DNA of 61,156 nucleotides, filler included, from Porpidia crustulata (Eukaryota): NCBI GenBank assembly GCA_964255105.1. It is 13 parts of 13 records of this genome, joined end to end, with 100 filler letters (N's around TTAATTAATTAA, not from the genome) between each part and the next. Parts side by side here need not be neighbours in the genome. Positions count along the whole stretch, not along the records: positions 47,164 to 51,762 come from CAXUWE010002041.1; positions 51,863 to 56,460 come from CAXUWE010002042.1; positions 56,561 to 61,156 come from CAXUWE010002043.1; 10 more parts are not named here. One strand, 5' to 3'. Shown piece by piece: positions 48,652 to 61,156 of this stretch (position 1 is its first letter; each line of letters starts with the position of its first letter). The notes under the pieces were generated by a model. It saw only the letters and a program-made list of their open reading frames with translations, ran no database searches and was not told where the DNA came from. The position numbers and the translations under genes were made by a program.

Positions 48652-51003
48652 ATGTTGAAGCCAACATGTCGGAACATATCGATCCATGTGCGGTATTCTT
48701 ACCGACCGCTCGGTCCTCGCAGATACCTTGCTGTAAAGGCTGCTCTGGACACTCGCACCCCGAAGGCACGGCGTTCGTCCCGACCAACAGACCGCCATAG
48801 GTACAATGTACGCAAACTTTTTGACTCGAGGAGCTGTTGGCAAGACTTCTCACGGTCCAGCGTCACGAGCCCGCGAAAGGGCTTGTTCCAGAATCAATAC
48901 CTCATAGATCCCTCCGGGTTTAATGACTTTGCCCAAGCCGCATTGACAAGATGTCAAGGAATTGTCTCAAAGGTGCTTCAAGCAACGACTGCAGATGAAT
49001 ATAAAGCTATACCTAGAGATCTCGACCGCTTGAGTGATTCGTTGTGCCGAGTCTTGGATATCGCTGAGTTTGTCCGAGCGACCCACCCAGATCCTAAGTT
49101 TCAGGAGGCCGCCAACGACGCATACGCCGTTTTGTTCGAGTACATGAACGTCTTGAACACGACCACTGGCCTAAATGAAAAGCTGCAGAAGGCAGTAGCC
49201 AGTCCTGAAATAAGTACGGCCTGGACTGAGGAGGAGAAGACGGTTGCCGACATCCTGCTAAGAGACTTCTCGAAATCTGCGATTGATATGTCTCAGGATA
49301 AGAGGAAACGATTCGTCGATTTATCGAACAATGTTAGCCAGCTGGGTACAGCTTTTGTGAGCGATATGGCACCAGCTACATCGGCTCTCGTCTTCGGTAG
49401 CCGTAGGTTGAAGGGTATGGATCCAGTCATTCTTAAAAATTTCGAAGGTCCGTTTGGCGACGTCAAATTGCCTACAACAGGTCCTCTGTCTACCACTGCA
49501 TTACGCACAGTTGAAGAGGAGGATGCAAGACGGCAAATCTACATCGCTGGGAGACAGGCGTCCAAGAATCAATTAATCATTCTAGAAGAGCTTTTGCAGC
49601 TTCGCGGGGAGGCTGCGCGACTATCTGGGTATAAGAGCTATGCAGAGATGAACCTATCAGATAAGATGTCCAAGTCTCCAGACGCTGTCGAATCCTTTCT
49701 CTCAGCGCTTTCTGCCGACAATGCTCCGTATGTCAAAGCAGAGCTGGAAGAAATGCTGAAAATGAAGCAGTCAAGTCTGAGCAACGGTGATGTGTCTGTT
49801 CAAGTGAAAGCATGGGATAGAGAGTACTATCGAGCTCGCTTGGCTGGCCAGCTAAGATCTCGGTCTCGAAAACCTGACTTCATGTCTGCGTACTTCTCCC
49901 TCGGGACTGTAATGCAAGGGCTCTCCCGTCTCTTCACGAGCCTGTATGGCGTTCAGCTTGTGCCTAGCGAAGCTTCGCGTGGGGAAACGTGGAACCCAGA
50001 CGTTCGTCGACTTGACGTCTTTGATGAAAACGAAGGTCACATAGCAGTGTTATACTGTGATCTGTTTGCTCGAGCAGGAAAAAGCCCTAATCCCGCCCAC
50101 TTTACCCTGCGCTGCTCTCGCCTAATAGGCTATTCCGAAATCTCAGAAGCGGCTTCGAAATCTCCCAATTCGTTGCCCCAACTTGCCGCCAACGATGGTA
50201 TGGCAATATCTCAGTCCCCCACCACCGGTGCCTTCTATCAACTGCCCATCATAGCCCTCATTTGTGACTTTCACTCAAATGAATCCAATCCATCCCAACC
50301 TACCCTACTCTCCTTCCGCGACGTGCAGACTCTTTTCCACGAAATGGGTCACGCGATACACTCAATACTCGGTCGCACATCCCTGCAAGTCGTCTCTGGT
50401 ACTCGATGTGCCACTGATTTTGCGGAGCTTCCATCGGTCCTGATGGAGCACTTTGCGGCCGACCCGGGGGTGTTAAGTCTCTTCGCTAAACATTGGGAGA
50501 CCGACACACCATTACCATACGAGATGGTGGCGGAGCGATTAGCCATTGATCGCAAAGGCCAGGGCTCGGAAACAGAAACGCAGATCCTGCTTGCCAAGTT
50601 GGACCAGGCCTATCATTCGTCCCTGCCACTTAGCATGGAGGGAGGCTTCGACAGCACGCGTGTCTTCCACGATGTCAACGACAAGTATGGCAGCGTTCCG
50701 GAGCCGCGAGAGACAAGCGCTCAGGGGTTTTTCGGCCACTTGGTCGAATATGGGTCCACATACTATAGCTATCTCTTTGATCGGGCGATTGCCGGAAAGG
50801 TCTGGAAGGAGGTTTTTAGGGAAGGCAGAGATGGAGGGGCTGTGAGCCGAGAAGCGGGTGAAAGATTTAGGAAAGAGGTGCTTCGATGGGGAGGAGGTAG
50901 AGATGGCTGGCGATGTCTTGCGAGCTTGTTGGGTGACGAGAGCTTAAAAAATGGTGGGAAAGAAGCCATGGAGGAGGTTGGACGATGGGGAGTGAAAGAT
51001 TAG
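48652..51003 (+). CDS. OCT1: Mitochondrial intermediate peptidase (M3 family)
   Basis: Arg-rich presequence, DRLSDSLCRVLD, YMNVLNT, TLFHEMGHAIHS, RCATDFAELPS, FGHL..YGSTYYSYL. Confidence 0.96.
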   Translation: MLKPTCRNISIHVRYSYRPLGPRRYLAVKAALDTRTPKARRSSRPTDRHRYNVRKLFDSRSCWQDFSRSSVTSPRKGLFQNQYLIDPSGFNDFAQAALTRCQGIVSKVLQATTADEYKAIPRDLDRLSDSLCRVLDIAEFVRATHPDPKFQEAANDAYAVLFEYMNVLNTTTGLNEKLQKAVASPEISTAWTEEEKTVADILLRDFSKSAIDMSQDKRKRFVDLSNNVSQLGTAFVSDMAPATSALVFGSRRLKGMDPVILKNFEGPFGDVKLPTTGPLSTTALRTVEEEDARRQIYIAGRQASKNQLIILEELLQLRGEAARLSGYKSYAEMNLSDKMSKSPDAVESFLSALSADNAPYVKAELEEMLKMKQSSLSNGDVSVQVKAWDREYYRARLAGQLRSRSRKPDFMSAYFSLGTVMQGLSRLFTSLYGVQLVPSEASRGETWNPDVRRLDVFDENEGHIAVLYCDLFARAGKSPNPAHFTLRCSRLIGYSEISEAASKSPNSLPQLAANDGMAISQSPTTGAFYQLPIIALICDFHSNESNPSQPTLLSFRDVQTLFHEMGHAIHSILGRTSLQVVSGTRCATDFAELPSVLMEHFAADPGVLSLFAKHWETDTPLPYEMVAERLAIDRKGQGSETETQILLAKLDQAYHSSLPLSMEGGFDSTRVFHDVNDKYGSVPEPRETSAQGFFGHLVEYGSTYYSYLFDRAIAGKVWKEVFREGRDGGAVSREAGERFRKEVLRWGGGRDGWRCLASLLGDESLKNGGKEAMEEVGRWGVKD

Positions 51004-51762
51004 GAGCGGATTTCGATCCGATACCAATCATTGGAGACCGCTCTCCTCGAACGAAGTCGAACAATGACCAGAACGCTGGAGTCAGTACCATCGAATATAC
51101 TTGGACCGGCAAGGAGTGGCAGAACGGCACTTCCAACAATCGCACTCTACACCAACTGACTCTTCTCATCCTGGTAGACCAAAATTCCTGTAAAAATCCC
51201 TACAGAGTCATACCACTTCACGCCGAAACGCACAACGGTCAGGACTGAAAGACGTTAACAAAAGACCGTCTATCACGCTTCGCCCAAGCCAATTCAGACC
51301 AGAAACCCAACTCCCAGCCTATCCACTTCTGCGTCAACTCACCAGCAACCGAAAGCCTGGATGGCGGTTCGGTCGTCGAGGATACACGAGTGCCCATTAA
51401 TATCACCACATCGACCACTCACACCCATACCATCCAACTCTTCACGACACCCAGCTGTATAAAACGCCACTCTGCAAATTTGCATATACATGTATACTAC
51501 CGCTCTACGCGCGTTGTCTATATTATCGATAATGGGTATTAGATTATTCGTAAATAGGAATACATAGACTTCCTATAAGACACTAGTAATGTATAGACTC
51601 CCGTAAGACACGGCTCTAGCAAGAACGAAAGTAGGTAGACATCGATAGCAACACTAACATCATTACCGTGGCACTAGAATTGGACCAGCCACAGCACCTC
51701 GGAAACGCTCATGCATCCTCGATTCCCTTCCATTTCTACCTAAAACACCCTCGAGCCCACCC

Positions 51763-51862
51763 NNNNNNNNNNNNNNNNNNNNNNNNNNNNNNNNNNNNNN
51801 NNNNNNTTAATTAATTAANNNNNNNNNNNNNNNNNNNNNNNNNNNNNNNNNNNNNNNNNNNN
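51763..51862. other. Artificial contig spacer
   Basis: N44-TTAATTAATTAA-N44. Confidence 0.99.
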
Positions 51863-51869
51863 CCCCTAT

Positions 51870-52172
51870 CTAAGCCCCTCCTTCCCTCTTGGCATACTCC
51901 TCCTCCATCCTCTCTTCGTATTCGGCATCCTTGTCCGTCACATCCTCGATCCTCCTGTCGTTCCCCATGTTTCCCACTCCCATCTGCTGTTGCTGTTGGG
52001 AAGGATATCTCCTCGTTTCGGTGACTGCAGGCTGGCCGGCTCGCTGCGAGGTGGTGTGAACGGTTGTGCCCGTGGGGTTGGAGGAGGTGGAGGTGGAGAA
52101 GGTGTTTCCGGAGGAGGAAGTGGTCGAGGAGTAGGAAGTGGCGGAAAAGGAGGTGTAAGATTGGGAAGGCAT
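51870..52172 (-). CDS. Small conserved fungal hypothetical protein
   Basis: Ser/Thr-rich N-terminus and RIEDV...YEERMEEEYAKREGGA C-terminus; ACAATG start context. Confidence 0.75.
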   Translation of the reverse strand: MPSQSYTSFSATSYSSTTSSSGNTFSTSTSSNPTGTTVHTTSQRAGQPAVTETRRYPSQQQQQMGVGNMGNDRRIEDVTDKDAEYEERMEEEYAKREGGA

Positions 52173-55100
52173 TGTCGTTGTGGGTTTTTTAGGTGACTTG
52201 TACTTTCTGATAAACTGAAAGCGATCGTTTTAGGCTCGTTGTTGATGCTTCAGGTAAGCTAGGCAATGAGGTGTTGATGGAGACGAATGGCTGATTGCAA
52301 CGTAAATCTAAAGTGCCACAGGATAATGTAAGCGTGACGTCATAGGAAGATGTTTCCCGAAGCGGAATGAACCTTCACCGGAATTGGCAGTGACGGTGAT
52401 GGAAGGTAGAGTATCAGATCCAAAGCCCGGTCAAGGGCAGACTCATCAAAGCTAATTTATAGCTATGTCGACCGTCGTGATATATATGATCATCATTTGA
52501 AAGGGGAAAGGTGTGTGTGGTAATGTTGGGCAAGTCGAACGTACCTAATGAACTTTCACATATCAACTGGGCCAATGTGGGCGTAAAGCGCTGATGTATT
52601 TGAAATCTAGGATACGCTATTAGCCCAGTCTCGACTGATGTTGAGAAGCGATGTCATTAAAGGTGGAGTAGTTCAGTTCGAACAGTCTCGTCTTTGCCGG
52701 CGGTCAAGCCAACTTGGACATATGCTTGTCATTGTGTTATATAGAGATCATCATTGAATGGTCAAGATCGTAAGAAACGGGCAAGTAGACATACCGTTGC
52801 GTAGAGACATTATACACAGGTTGAAATGGCTATTCGTGTCTGATGTGATCCTCCCTTGTAAGACTGATGTTTATTGTCAGCTGAGACTCTTAACAACCCA
52901 ATAACGATTTAAGGACTTGTAAAAGTATTCTATCAGAAATGCATGAATGGTATAATAAAAAAGTTGTCTACATCGGAAACCCGAATCAGACTCGTCATCT
53001 AGATGTTCATCAAGGAAGAAACGGATTGTCGTAAAGAGAAGTTCTTGGTATTACTTTCGTATATCGATGTGCGCTCTTGTAGACACCCATGCGGTGCCGA
53101 ACCCTAGTTTCCGTCGTGGATGATGTTCATTCCGTGACCCTATTTAGTAGGCCCTGAATCCAAGGCTACTAGTCCATCCTCGCCTAGTCTGGATCAGAGC
53201 CTTCCTTGCTTTTCGACCGTCCAAGGCAAGGTACTTTCAATCACTCCATAGCAGATTACGCTGGGCCTGCTACAAAGTGGGTTGATAGCGTCTCCACTTA
53301 CTATCTGCATAGCACAATTGGTGGTACTTTTGTAAGATCGGTTTATCAAGACCAAGGGTTCTCTCCATTCGGCTTCTTGATCTGCACCTGCGGACTTGTT
53401 TTGACGAACAATATCAGATCGATCACAAGGCTGGTGGCAACACCCGCTGTAGGGGCATCGACGGCGTATAGATATGCCTGAGCCTCCTCTGCAAGCTTTG
53501 CCGGCCCTAACGAGTAGTTTCCAAGTGCAAACATCCGGTGAAACACGGTCAAGGGGACACATGATCAAGGACGGTCCTTGGGGTCTTTCCCCATTCGCCT
53601 TCCGCGCGATGTGATGGGCTAGTATAAATTCATAATGCAAATACGACCATGATGCCAATATACCCAGGGTTCTTTACAAGCATGGAAATTGTATTTGAAC
53701 TTGTGATCTCCAGTTTCTGGGCGATTTTTCTGTAGTTTTACTGGTGTTCCCAGGCGGGAGAGCTCCGACTCCTTGATCGTGAGTAAATAAGATGAAAACT
53801 ATTGTGCTTATCTAGGTAGATCAGCTATGTTCAAGCTGTGAACCAGTGTCGAGTAATGCCATGTCAAAAGGGGTGTTCAGTGGGCAAGGTTTTCTAGGCC
53901 TGCCGCAAAATGGCATATCCATTCATTTAGAATATCGGAGCCCAGTGCCATTCATCTTTTCTTACCATCTTGCAAAAGGAATAAAGTAAAGTATGCATAC
54001 ATATCTTGCTCCGCCCCCAGCTGACAAGCGGCTGACCTGCATTTAGAACAAATTGATCAGGTTCAACGCAGATTTCTATGGACCATGCCTCCATGTTTGA
54101 AGACCCGAGACGTCATCCTAAATCGGGCACAGCCAAGTGCCGTTCAGCAAGGCTCGAACTATTGAACAGCCACTTCGGTAAACTTTTGCGTTTGGCACTT
54201 TGGATCAGCATTTTGCAGACGAGTGGCTTCGACGGCTTGCACCAAGGTCCGACCGGGACTATTTCGACACTTGATTTGCATTAGTGTTGTAATACCTCCT
54301 TGTATTGTGCATCTCAAGCAGAATGTATTGGGGAGCTCAGTCTAAGCCATTTGTTGTCGTCGAAGACATTGAATGCCTCAGTCGGTAATTTCCAGCGTAC
54401 AGTGTACGAGTGATCATCCGTGCTCCATTTATGAGGGGTGTGCCGAAGGGGATTTGGTTCCAAGGGAAAAACCTACTCTGGAGAACTATTAACCTGATTT
54501 ACGGTCAGCTGTGAATAGTAAAGCCCGGACATAGTGCAAATTATAAGCGGTACAATGGCATATCAGACTGACGTGTGCATCAAGTTTCATACCCCGTGGG
54601 GTCAAAGACTCTAGTTTGCGGTTTGAACAAATCATCAGAAGAATGGGAAGATGGTATGGGGAGCTATGAGGGTAGCAATGCAACTGTGGCGGGCTTACTC
54701 ACTCAGATGTTGTCAAGCCAGAATTAACAGAACAGGAGAGCAGTGGCATGTATATGCTGTATCGGGTGTTCAATTGCATGTCGAAAATTTGGAAGGTAAA
54801 AACTGTAATGAAATTTCTAGAGCTTGTACTCTAAAAGGAAGTGTGCGCTAACAACCTCAGCCTTACACCATCGTGCACGTGATCCCGAAACCAAAGCCTC
54901 CCCTATACAGACCTAGCTTAAACATCTTTCCCCTTTCCCCTTTCCACAAAGCCAAGAATGACTATCTCCGATCAAGGAAATCTTTTAGTTGATCTGTGAG
55001 ACTTATACGTGACTATCTTCTATTAGTGTCACATTATGAACCAGTACTTCCTACGATACCGCGAATGATTCGGTCAGCTGAGGTGGCATGTGAACAAATC

Positions 55101-55390
55101 CATATCTGCAATGTGCCACCATGTGCCTCACACTCAATACTGAGAAGTCACTCATCACTTATCTTAGCAGGATGGTTGGTGATGGGTAGATATGATCTTC
55201 GTGCTCAACCTCCACGTATCAGCTAATTAGTCGAGGTAATATGGTATCCTGCCATTTCCTATTCTAAAACCGGAACAGATGCCCAAGACGCCATCGAATG
55301 CTCGCTCGCTGGCTAATGATGTGGTATCAATGATATAAAAATTCACGATGGGTATGCATGCGCTTTGTAAAACAAATTCAACGTCCATCC

Positions 55391-56460
55391 TTATGCACGC
55401 GTTCGGTAAACCCCGGTCTGCCTCGCCGAATTCAAGAAACGAGAGATGATCCCCCCATCCGTCATCTTGGGCTTCTTCTTCGGGCTTTCTTCAACGCCGT
55501 AGTTGAGCTGGCGGCCGCCTACCGTGGGCTTCAGCCGGTACAAGCTCTCAGCAGGGCTGCTGTACACCCCAACGTTTGGAACATAGGAATCAACGTAACT
55601 AGAAACGCTTGAGGCAGGTGTACTGATCAAACTTCTTGGAGGTGACTTTGAGGACGCCCGCGAGGAAGAATCGGAGGTGCCTGCCGTGCCGGGTCGGACA
55701 AGACCAGGGACAGCATCGGCGGACGGAGGAGAGATGGAGCGATTGCGGGAGTGATGAGGTTGGCGTATTGGCCGATTTGGCCGTTCTGGGACGGAGGAGA
55801 ATTGCTCGAGATCAGAGATGTATGAGGTGGAACTGTAGCTTGTTGGGGAAGCATACACGCCAACAGGAGGGGGTAGTCCAGGAAGGGACACAGTGGAAGG
55901 TGCGGAAAGAGCTTGGGGCTTCGAGTAGCAAGGGCGCTGCTGCAGAGTGTTCAGACCCCGTTCTCGAAGGTGGACGCGCCGCTTTGACTCCGTTTGTTCT
56001 TGGCGTTTTCGAATGGGTGCCAGGAATGGCTCGAAATGGGCGAAGAGATCGTCATTCCTGATCCGTAGATCCCAGTCTAACAGGAAGAGGAGTTGCTTTT
56101 CCATAAGATTCACCTCAGTGACCGAGAAACCGAATCCCTCGTAACCCTTGACTGCCGAATATCGGGCCCAGTGCTTGTTCTTTGGAGAGGAATCGTTGAG
56201 GTTCTTTGCCGCGAGGATAAGTGAAGCCAAGAAGATTCTATGCACTGTGCAACGCATGCCTTTGGCGACTGGAGGAAGTCTCTGCTGCAGGCGGGATAGA
56301 TACACCAAAGAGCTCATAAGTGTTGGAACTTGGACATGCGATCGGTCTACCAAAGATTGAATAAAGACCTCAAGCGAGGGCAACGCTGGCTGTAGAGGCG
56401 AGCGGGCCTCACCATCCTGAGGCGGTGTCGAGGGTGGCGTGAGAGGGAGGGACTTGTTGG
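55391..56460 (-). CDS. PCL1: Pho85-type G1 cyclin (Pcl1/PclA family), 5' truncated
   Basis: [18 protein letters not shown]...[25 protein letters not shown]...[17 protein letters not shown]. Confidence 0.88.
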
Positions 56461-56560
56461 NNNNNNNNNNNNNNNNNNNNNNNNNNNNNNNNNNNNNNNN
56501 NNNNTTAATTAATTAANNNNNNNNNNNNNNNNNNNNNNNNNNNNNNNNNNNNNNNNNNNN
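56461..56560. other. Artificial contig spacer
   Basis: N44-TTAATTAATTAA-N44. Confidence 0.99.
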
Positions 56561-56889
56561 ATATTTGGTATGGTGTGAGGTTATGGGAGGGTTGTGTTGG
56601 AAAGTAGGTATGGATGGATCTGGCGGGGGAGCGTATTTGCTTGAAACGGGAGTTTTGAGGGTGATGAGGTTTGATGGCGGAAAGGCTGGGTTGCGTGCGG
56701 GGGTTGGAAAGGTTATTCCGAAGGTCGGGAATGGGAGACGTTGAACATCTGCTGTTGGGCTTCGTGGTATCCATTTCGCGGTTCGACTGTGGATAAATCT
56801 GATCCCGTTCAGGACTCCAATCCTTGACATGGTGACTTGACGACTTGACGATTTGACAACCAAAATACCAGACAACTGGATCGTATCAA

Positions 56890-58988
56890 TCAATCCACGA
56901 CGACCTTCTTATCCGCCCAACTCGGCACCACGCCCTTGCAAACCCCCTCATAATCCAAAAAGAGCTCTCGCTCCACCTTGTCCGTGGTCCAGAACATGGT
57001 CCAATTCGTCCCGGGCATCTTCCACGTGCCTTTGGCCCGCTCAAAGTACCACTTGTTGACTGGGTTGTCTGTTCGGCTGCGCCAGCAAACACCGTTGGGG
57101 AAGCAGTCGCGCACCATTGCTTTGAAGACGATATCGGCGATGCCACCTGCTCCTTGGGATCGTTTGAGTACCGCGAATTTGTCTAGGTATGGTACCATGC
57201 GAGATGTATCGGTAGGGTCGATACCGGGAGGTGTTTCCCAGGTCAAGATGGCGCCACCTTCGTATTCGCCGGCGACGATGACGCCGGCAATGCGGTTCTG
57301 GATGCGGAAGAGATAATGCCTGACATCGAGTTTGCGACCAAAAGAGTCGTCTATCAAATGGACCAAACGGGTCAAATCGATACGAGAATCGGTCAGCTTG
57401 ACAGAGGGCAAAGAGGCTGTTGGTGGTATCCATGGGTGAATAAGAGGATCCGGAAAGATGGTGACAGGCACTCCGCGCTTGACAAACGTTGTGGGTGATG
57501 TTCGTGTAGACAGGGTAGAAGGCAAAGATGGGGAAAATACGGGTTTGTCGGTCAAAAGGTTGTGTAAGAGAGGGTTCCGTTGGGATCGAGTACCTACGCC
57601 TGGGCTGGATGGTTGTGACGGGTGCGATCGTTTCCCAGAGTTTGCGGCTTCTTGTGGCGTTGTGAGAAGAGCTGAGGATGTAGGTGGCAGGAGTGCAAGC
57701 GTTTGGCGAAGGAGCTGTAAGTTGCTTAAGTGCGTGTGCTCATTATGTATAGATGTCTTGTTGGGGGTACTTTGGCTCAATTCGTCCCTGATGAGATCGT
57801 ATTCTTGCTCGAGATTGATAAACACAAGTGAACTAGTAACGTTACTTTTCGAAGGTATCCCACCAAGGGGGTCCAAAAGAATAATTCTGTCCAACGAAAT
57901 TTGTTTCCGGATTTCTTCAATTCTTTCTGCTATTTTAAACGGATCTTCCTCAGAAGAAGTCATGGTTTGGATTCCGGCAAATTCTCGGGTGAGTGCTATC
58001 ATAACCTCGTTGGCGTCAACAAAATTCATCGACTGGGCGGTCGATGAAAAGCCAATGGGAGCGACAACCGGGACAATTCCTCTTCTGAGAGGAGCCAATA
58101 GAAGATTCCTGTTCGTTACTTGTACTCCGTCTGTTCTTCCAAGGACACCATGCTCCTTGGTCGGTCCGACACCAATCACATCTTCTAATCTTCGAGCACC
58201 ATGGCCTCCGTACGAGTCTATAGCCGCCACTAGACGGTCTGCCTGCTCCAAGGCTAGCTTTTTTCTTTCCCAAACATGAAGCCCCTGACTATCAATTGAA
58301 TCCGCTACCACGACGCAGCTCAGCCCTAAGCGTGTGAGCTGGGAGAGAGTATGCCCAACACCTCTCAAGATGGCATTATCAATCGATTGGGTTCCTCTGA
58401 TTTTGACAAGAGCTATATGAAGTGGCTGGATGGCTCCTTGAACCAGCTCTTTGGCGGGTCTGTTGTCAACTTTTAGAAGCTGCTCAGCGGCCGGTATTGA
58501 AGGATATAAGTGTCCGAGATTCACTCCGGGTCCTTTGCCAGCTAGTGGGTCTGCCTTTGGAGAATTGGTAGCAGAAATCTTTGAACCGAACCGTGAGAGG
58601 TAGCTTTTGGCCTCGCGTTTGGTGGCTGCTGAGCTTAGTACGTCGAAGAAGAGATCCTGCGAGATTGTTAGTATTGTACCATAAGCCCAGATGGTATTTT
58701 ACCTTATTGACAATATCTCCTTGCTTACGTCGACTGGCCGCCTCAGCCAAATCCGTACTGTACGCTTGGCGGCCGATTTCGACTTCGGCATGTTCCGAGA
58801 CAGGAATTGGCTGCGAAGATACCAGGTAGCTTCGTTGACTTATTGCCTGCCATGGTAACTTTGATGGACTAGAATGGTCCTGCATGATCTCAATCAGTCA
58901 TGCTGCTCAATTGATCAGGTAAGTTGGTTCGAACACTCAGTCGAAGGGGATTAATGCCTCTCTTGGAAGCCCAGGTTGCGACATTCAT
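56890..58988 (-). CDS. ARG2: Mitochondrial amino-acid acetyltransferase (N-acetylglutamate synthase), multi-exon
   Basis: ATKREAKSYLSRF, LDPLGGIP, FINLEQEY, HNLLTDKP, PYLDKFAV, WRSRTDNPVNKWYFER; start 58988 inferred through two short introns. Confidence 0.92.
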
Positions 58989-59493
58989 GTCTCATTTTTA
59001 AGGAGAAAATAAGAAGCAATTTCAGAGCGCAGTGTAGACATCAGGAAAAACCAAGCATGCAAGCCAGCAAAAAAAAATGCTGCGGAGGGGAATTGCAAGA
59101 TCGCGAAGAGGAGTCATCGTAGACAGGGGCACAAGACCTAATCGATAACACAAGGCTTAGTGTAGGGCTCACGGGGTTTTCGGACTTATGGACCAGCAAA
59201 TCGATTCGACAGTCCAGCGTTGGATGGCTGAGGACCTTAGTGAGCAGATCTCTTACAAGTCTTATGTACCTTTAGCTATCATCTCTAGCTTGAGTCTTTG
59301 GGAAAGGGTTCAGATAATAAATCCCCGAAGACCAACAACGTTGCCGAAAGTCGGCAATACGTCATTTGGCAGCTCAAACATAATAGATATTCTGTTATAA
59401 TAAAAGTCTACATCTGCACACAGGAACTGTTTTGTTTGATGACAAAGTTGGTGGAACAGTGATTGCACTTTTAGCCCGCAGCTGAGGATATCA

Positions 59494-60579
59494 ATGGCAC
59501 CTCAACTAACATGGATAGGTCTTGGCAACATGGGCAGAGTTGGTTGCCCTCGATATTTACAACTCTGGATGACAAGCTTACATCTTGCAGGGCATGTGCA
59601 AGAACCTTGTGGAGAAGGGGAATCTCGACAAGCCTCTTATCATATTCAATCGGACAACCAAGCGCGCTACCGAGCTCAAGGAGAAGTTGCCCTCAGGTAA
59701 AGCCACTATCGTCTCCAGTGTAGAAGAAGCCGTCTCGAAATCGGATATTATCTTTACTTGCCTTGGGGATGACTTGGCCATGAAAAATACCATAGCAATT
59801 GCGATCAAGAGAGACGTCAAGGATAAGTTGTTTGTCGATTGCTCCACCATACATCCAGACACCACCAATGAGCTGGCCAAGTCAATTGAAGGATCAGGCG
59901 CCGAATTCGTAGCATGTCCAGGTATACACTACCCAACACAGACTCGTTTCCAAGATAAAAACTGAACTGTCAGTATTCGGAGCACCCGCTAGGGCCGAGG
60001 CCGGCCAATTAGTCTGTGTTCTGGCTGGTCCAGCGTCTGCGGTCGAGAAGGTAAAGCCTTATACCAAAGGCGTGATGGGTCATGCGGACATTGACTACAG
60101 CAACCAACCACAAGGGAAAGCAACCAATCTCAAAATTATCGGCAACACTTTTATCCTGAACATGATTGAAACACTCTCAGAAGGACACACCCTGGCTGAA
60201 AAGAGTGGGTTGGGCAGCGAGAACTTGCATCAGTTTGTTGAAATTATGTTTCCGGGGATATATACAGCGTATTCGCAAAGACTCACAAGCGGCGACTATT
60301 ACAAAAGAAAAGAGGTTTGTTGAGGAATCTGATTGAAGTCTTGAATGGAAAGCTTACTAGCGAGTATAGCCACTGTTCGCCGTGGATTTAGCACGTAAGG
60401 ATGCGCGACATGCGCTCAGTCTCGCCGAAGCGGCCAGCATGAAAATTAAAGATGTTGAGGTTGTAGATGCACATTTGGCAGCTGTACAGAAACATATGGG
60501 TGCGAGGGGAGATATTACCGGGATTTATGGAGCAGTACGACAGGAAGCTGGGTTGAAATTTGAATTGGACCAAGAATAG
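59494..60579 (+). CDS. NAD(P)-dependent beta-hydroxyacid dehydrogenase (3-hydroxyisobutyrate/6PGD NAD-binding family), multi-exon
   Basis: WIGLGNMG, FNRT, VDCSTIHP, ACPVFGAP, LKIIGN, LARKDA motifs. Confidence 0.9.
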
Positions 60580-61074
60580 GATACTAGGCCGATAATGAAT
60601 CAGGAGTTTGAGAATCCAAGGAAAACGTGAAAAATCCAATCAAGTGACAATTCAAAAGATCGTTGAGGATGCCTATAGGTAGACGACAGGCGGTGATGTA
60701 CAGCAAAACGAGGTACGGTAAGGAATCCTTGATGTAGAGGTGACCACTATCATACATTGAACTTACATCATGTGGAGACATTATGAAACCTGACTTGGCA
60801 ATGTTAGTAGACAACAGGAAGTCTCCGTAACCATTGTTTGCAATGTGTAGAGAACGAAATAATTGGGATGAGTATCGGCTCTAACTTTGAATATAATAAG
60901 GAGACCTAACGTAACTTAGCGAATGTCCCTAAATTGGTGTCTGTATTGATACCATTAGTAGCACTGATTAGATACAGAAGTTCTTATCGCCACACAATAT
61001 TTAGTATTTCTTAAGCAGTTCGAAATTTATATTGCTCGAGAACAATCTCTCCCAAAATTAAATTACCCATCAAA

Positions 61075-61156
61075 ATGTCCAAAATAGCTACGTAAGTTCT
61101 CAGAGCCTCAACCAATAACCCTACTGATCGCCTATCTCCCCCACAGCCGCCCCGAC
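61075..61156 (+). CDS. Probable first exons of a gene running off the window
   Basis: CAAAATG, MSKIAT, then a GTAAGT...CTGAT...CAG intron. Confidence 0.35.

Overview
This is a fragmented draft genome of a filamentous ascomycete (Pezizomycotina-type genes with short GT-AG introns and CTRAC branch points). It is not one contiguous locus. Thirteen contigs of 4633-4596 bp, sorted by decreasing length, are joined by 100-nt artificial spacers (N44-TTAATTAATTAA-N44), so gene adjacency across spacers is meaningless and many genes are cut at contig ends. Most content is housekeeping: LTV1, a USP deubiquitinase, SPT20, Pex22-like, IPP1, DUS2, RFC2 tail, ADP1, an aminotransferase, VMA16, cnxE/gephyrin, GST, RMI1 tail, DPH7, a double-GFA protein, RPN12, a PWI/SR protein, OCT1, a PCL cyclin, ARG2 and a beta-hydroxyacid dehydrogenase. 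I see no convincing multi-gene novel system. The best leads are: a secreted 14-Cys protein with an aerolysin-like beta-hairpin; a divergent TFIIA-gamma gene with an in-frame stop; a ~300-nt highly structured non-coding segment after RFC2; related 17-bp-period motifs on two contigs resembling Fot1/pogo terminal repeats; a two-repeat microprotein; and a frameshifted small secreted Cys-rich gene. All family calls come from motif recognition, not database searches.
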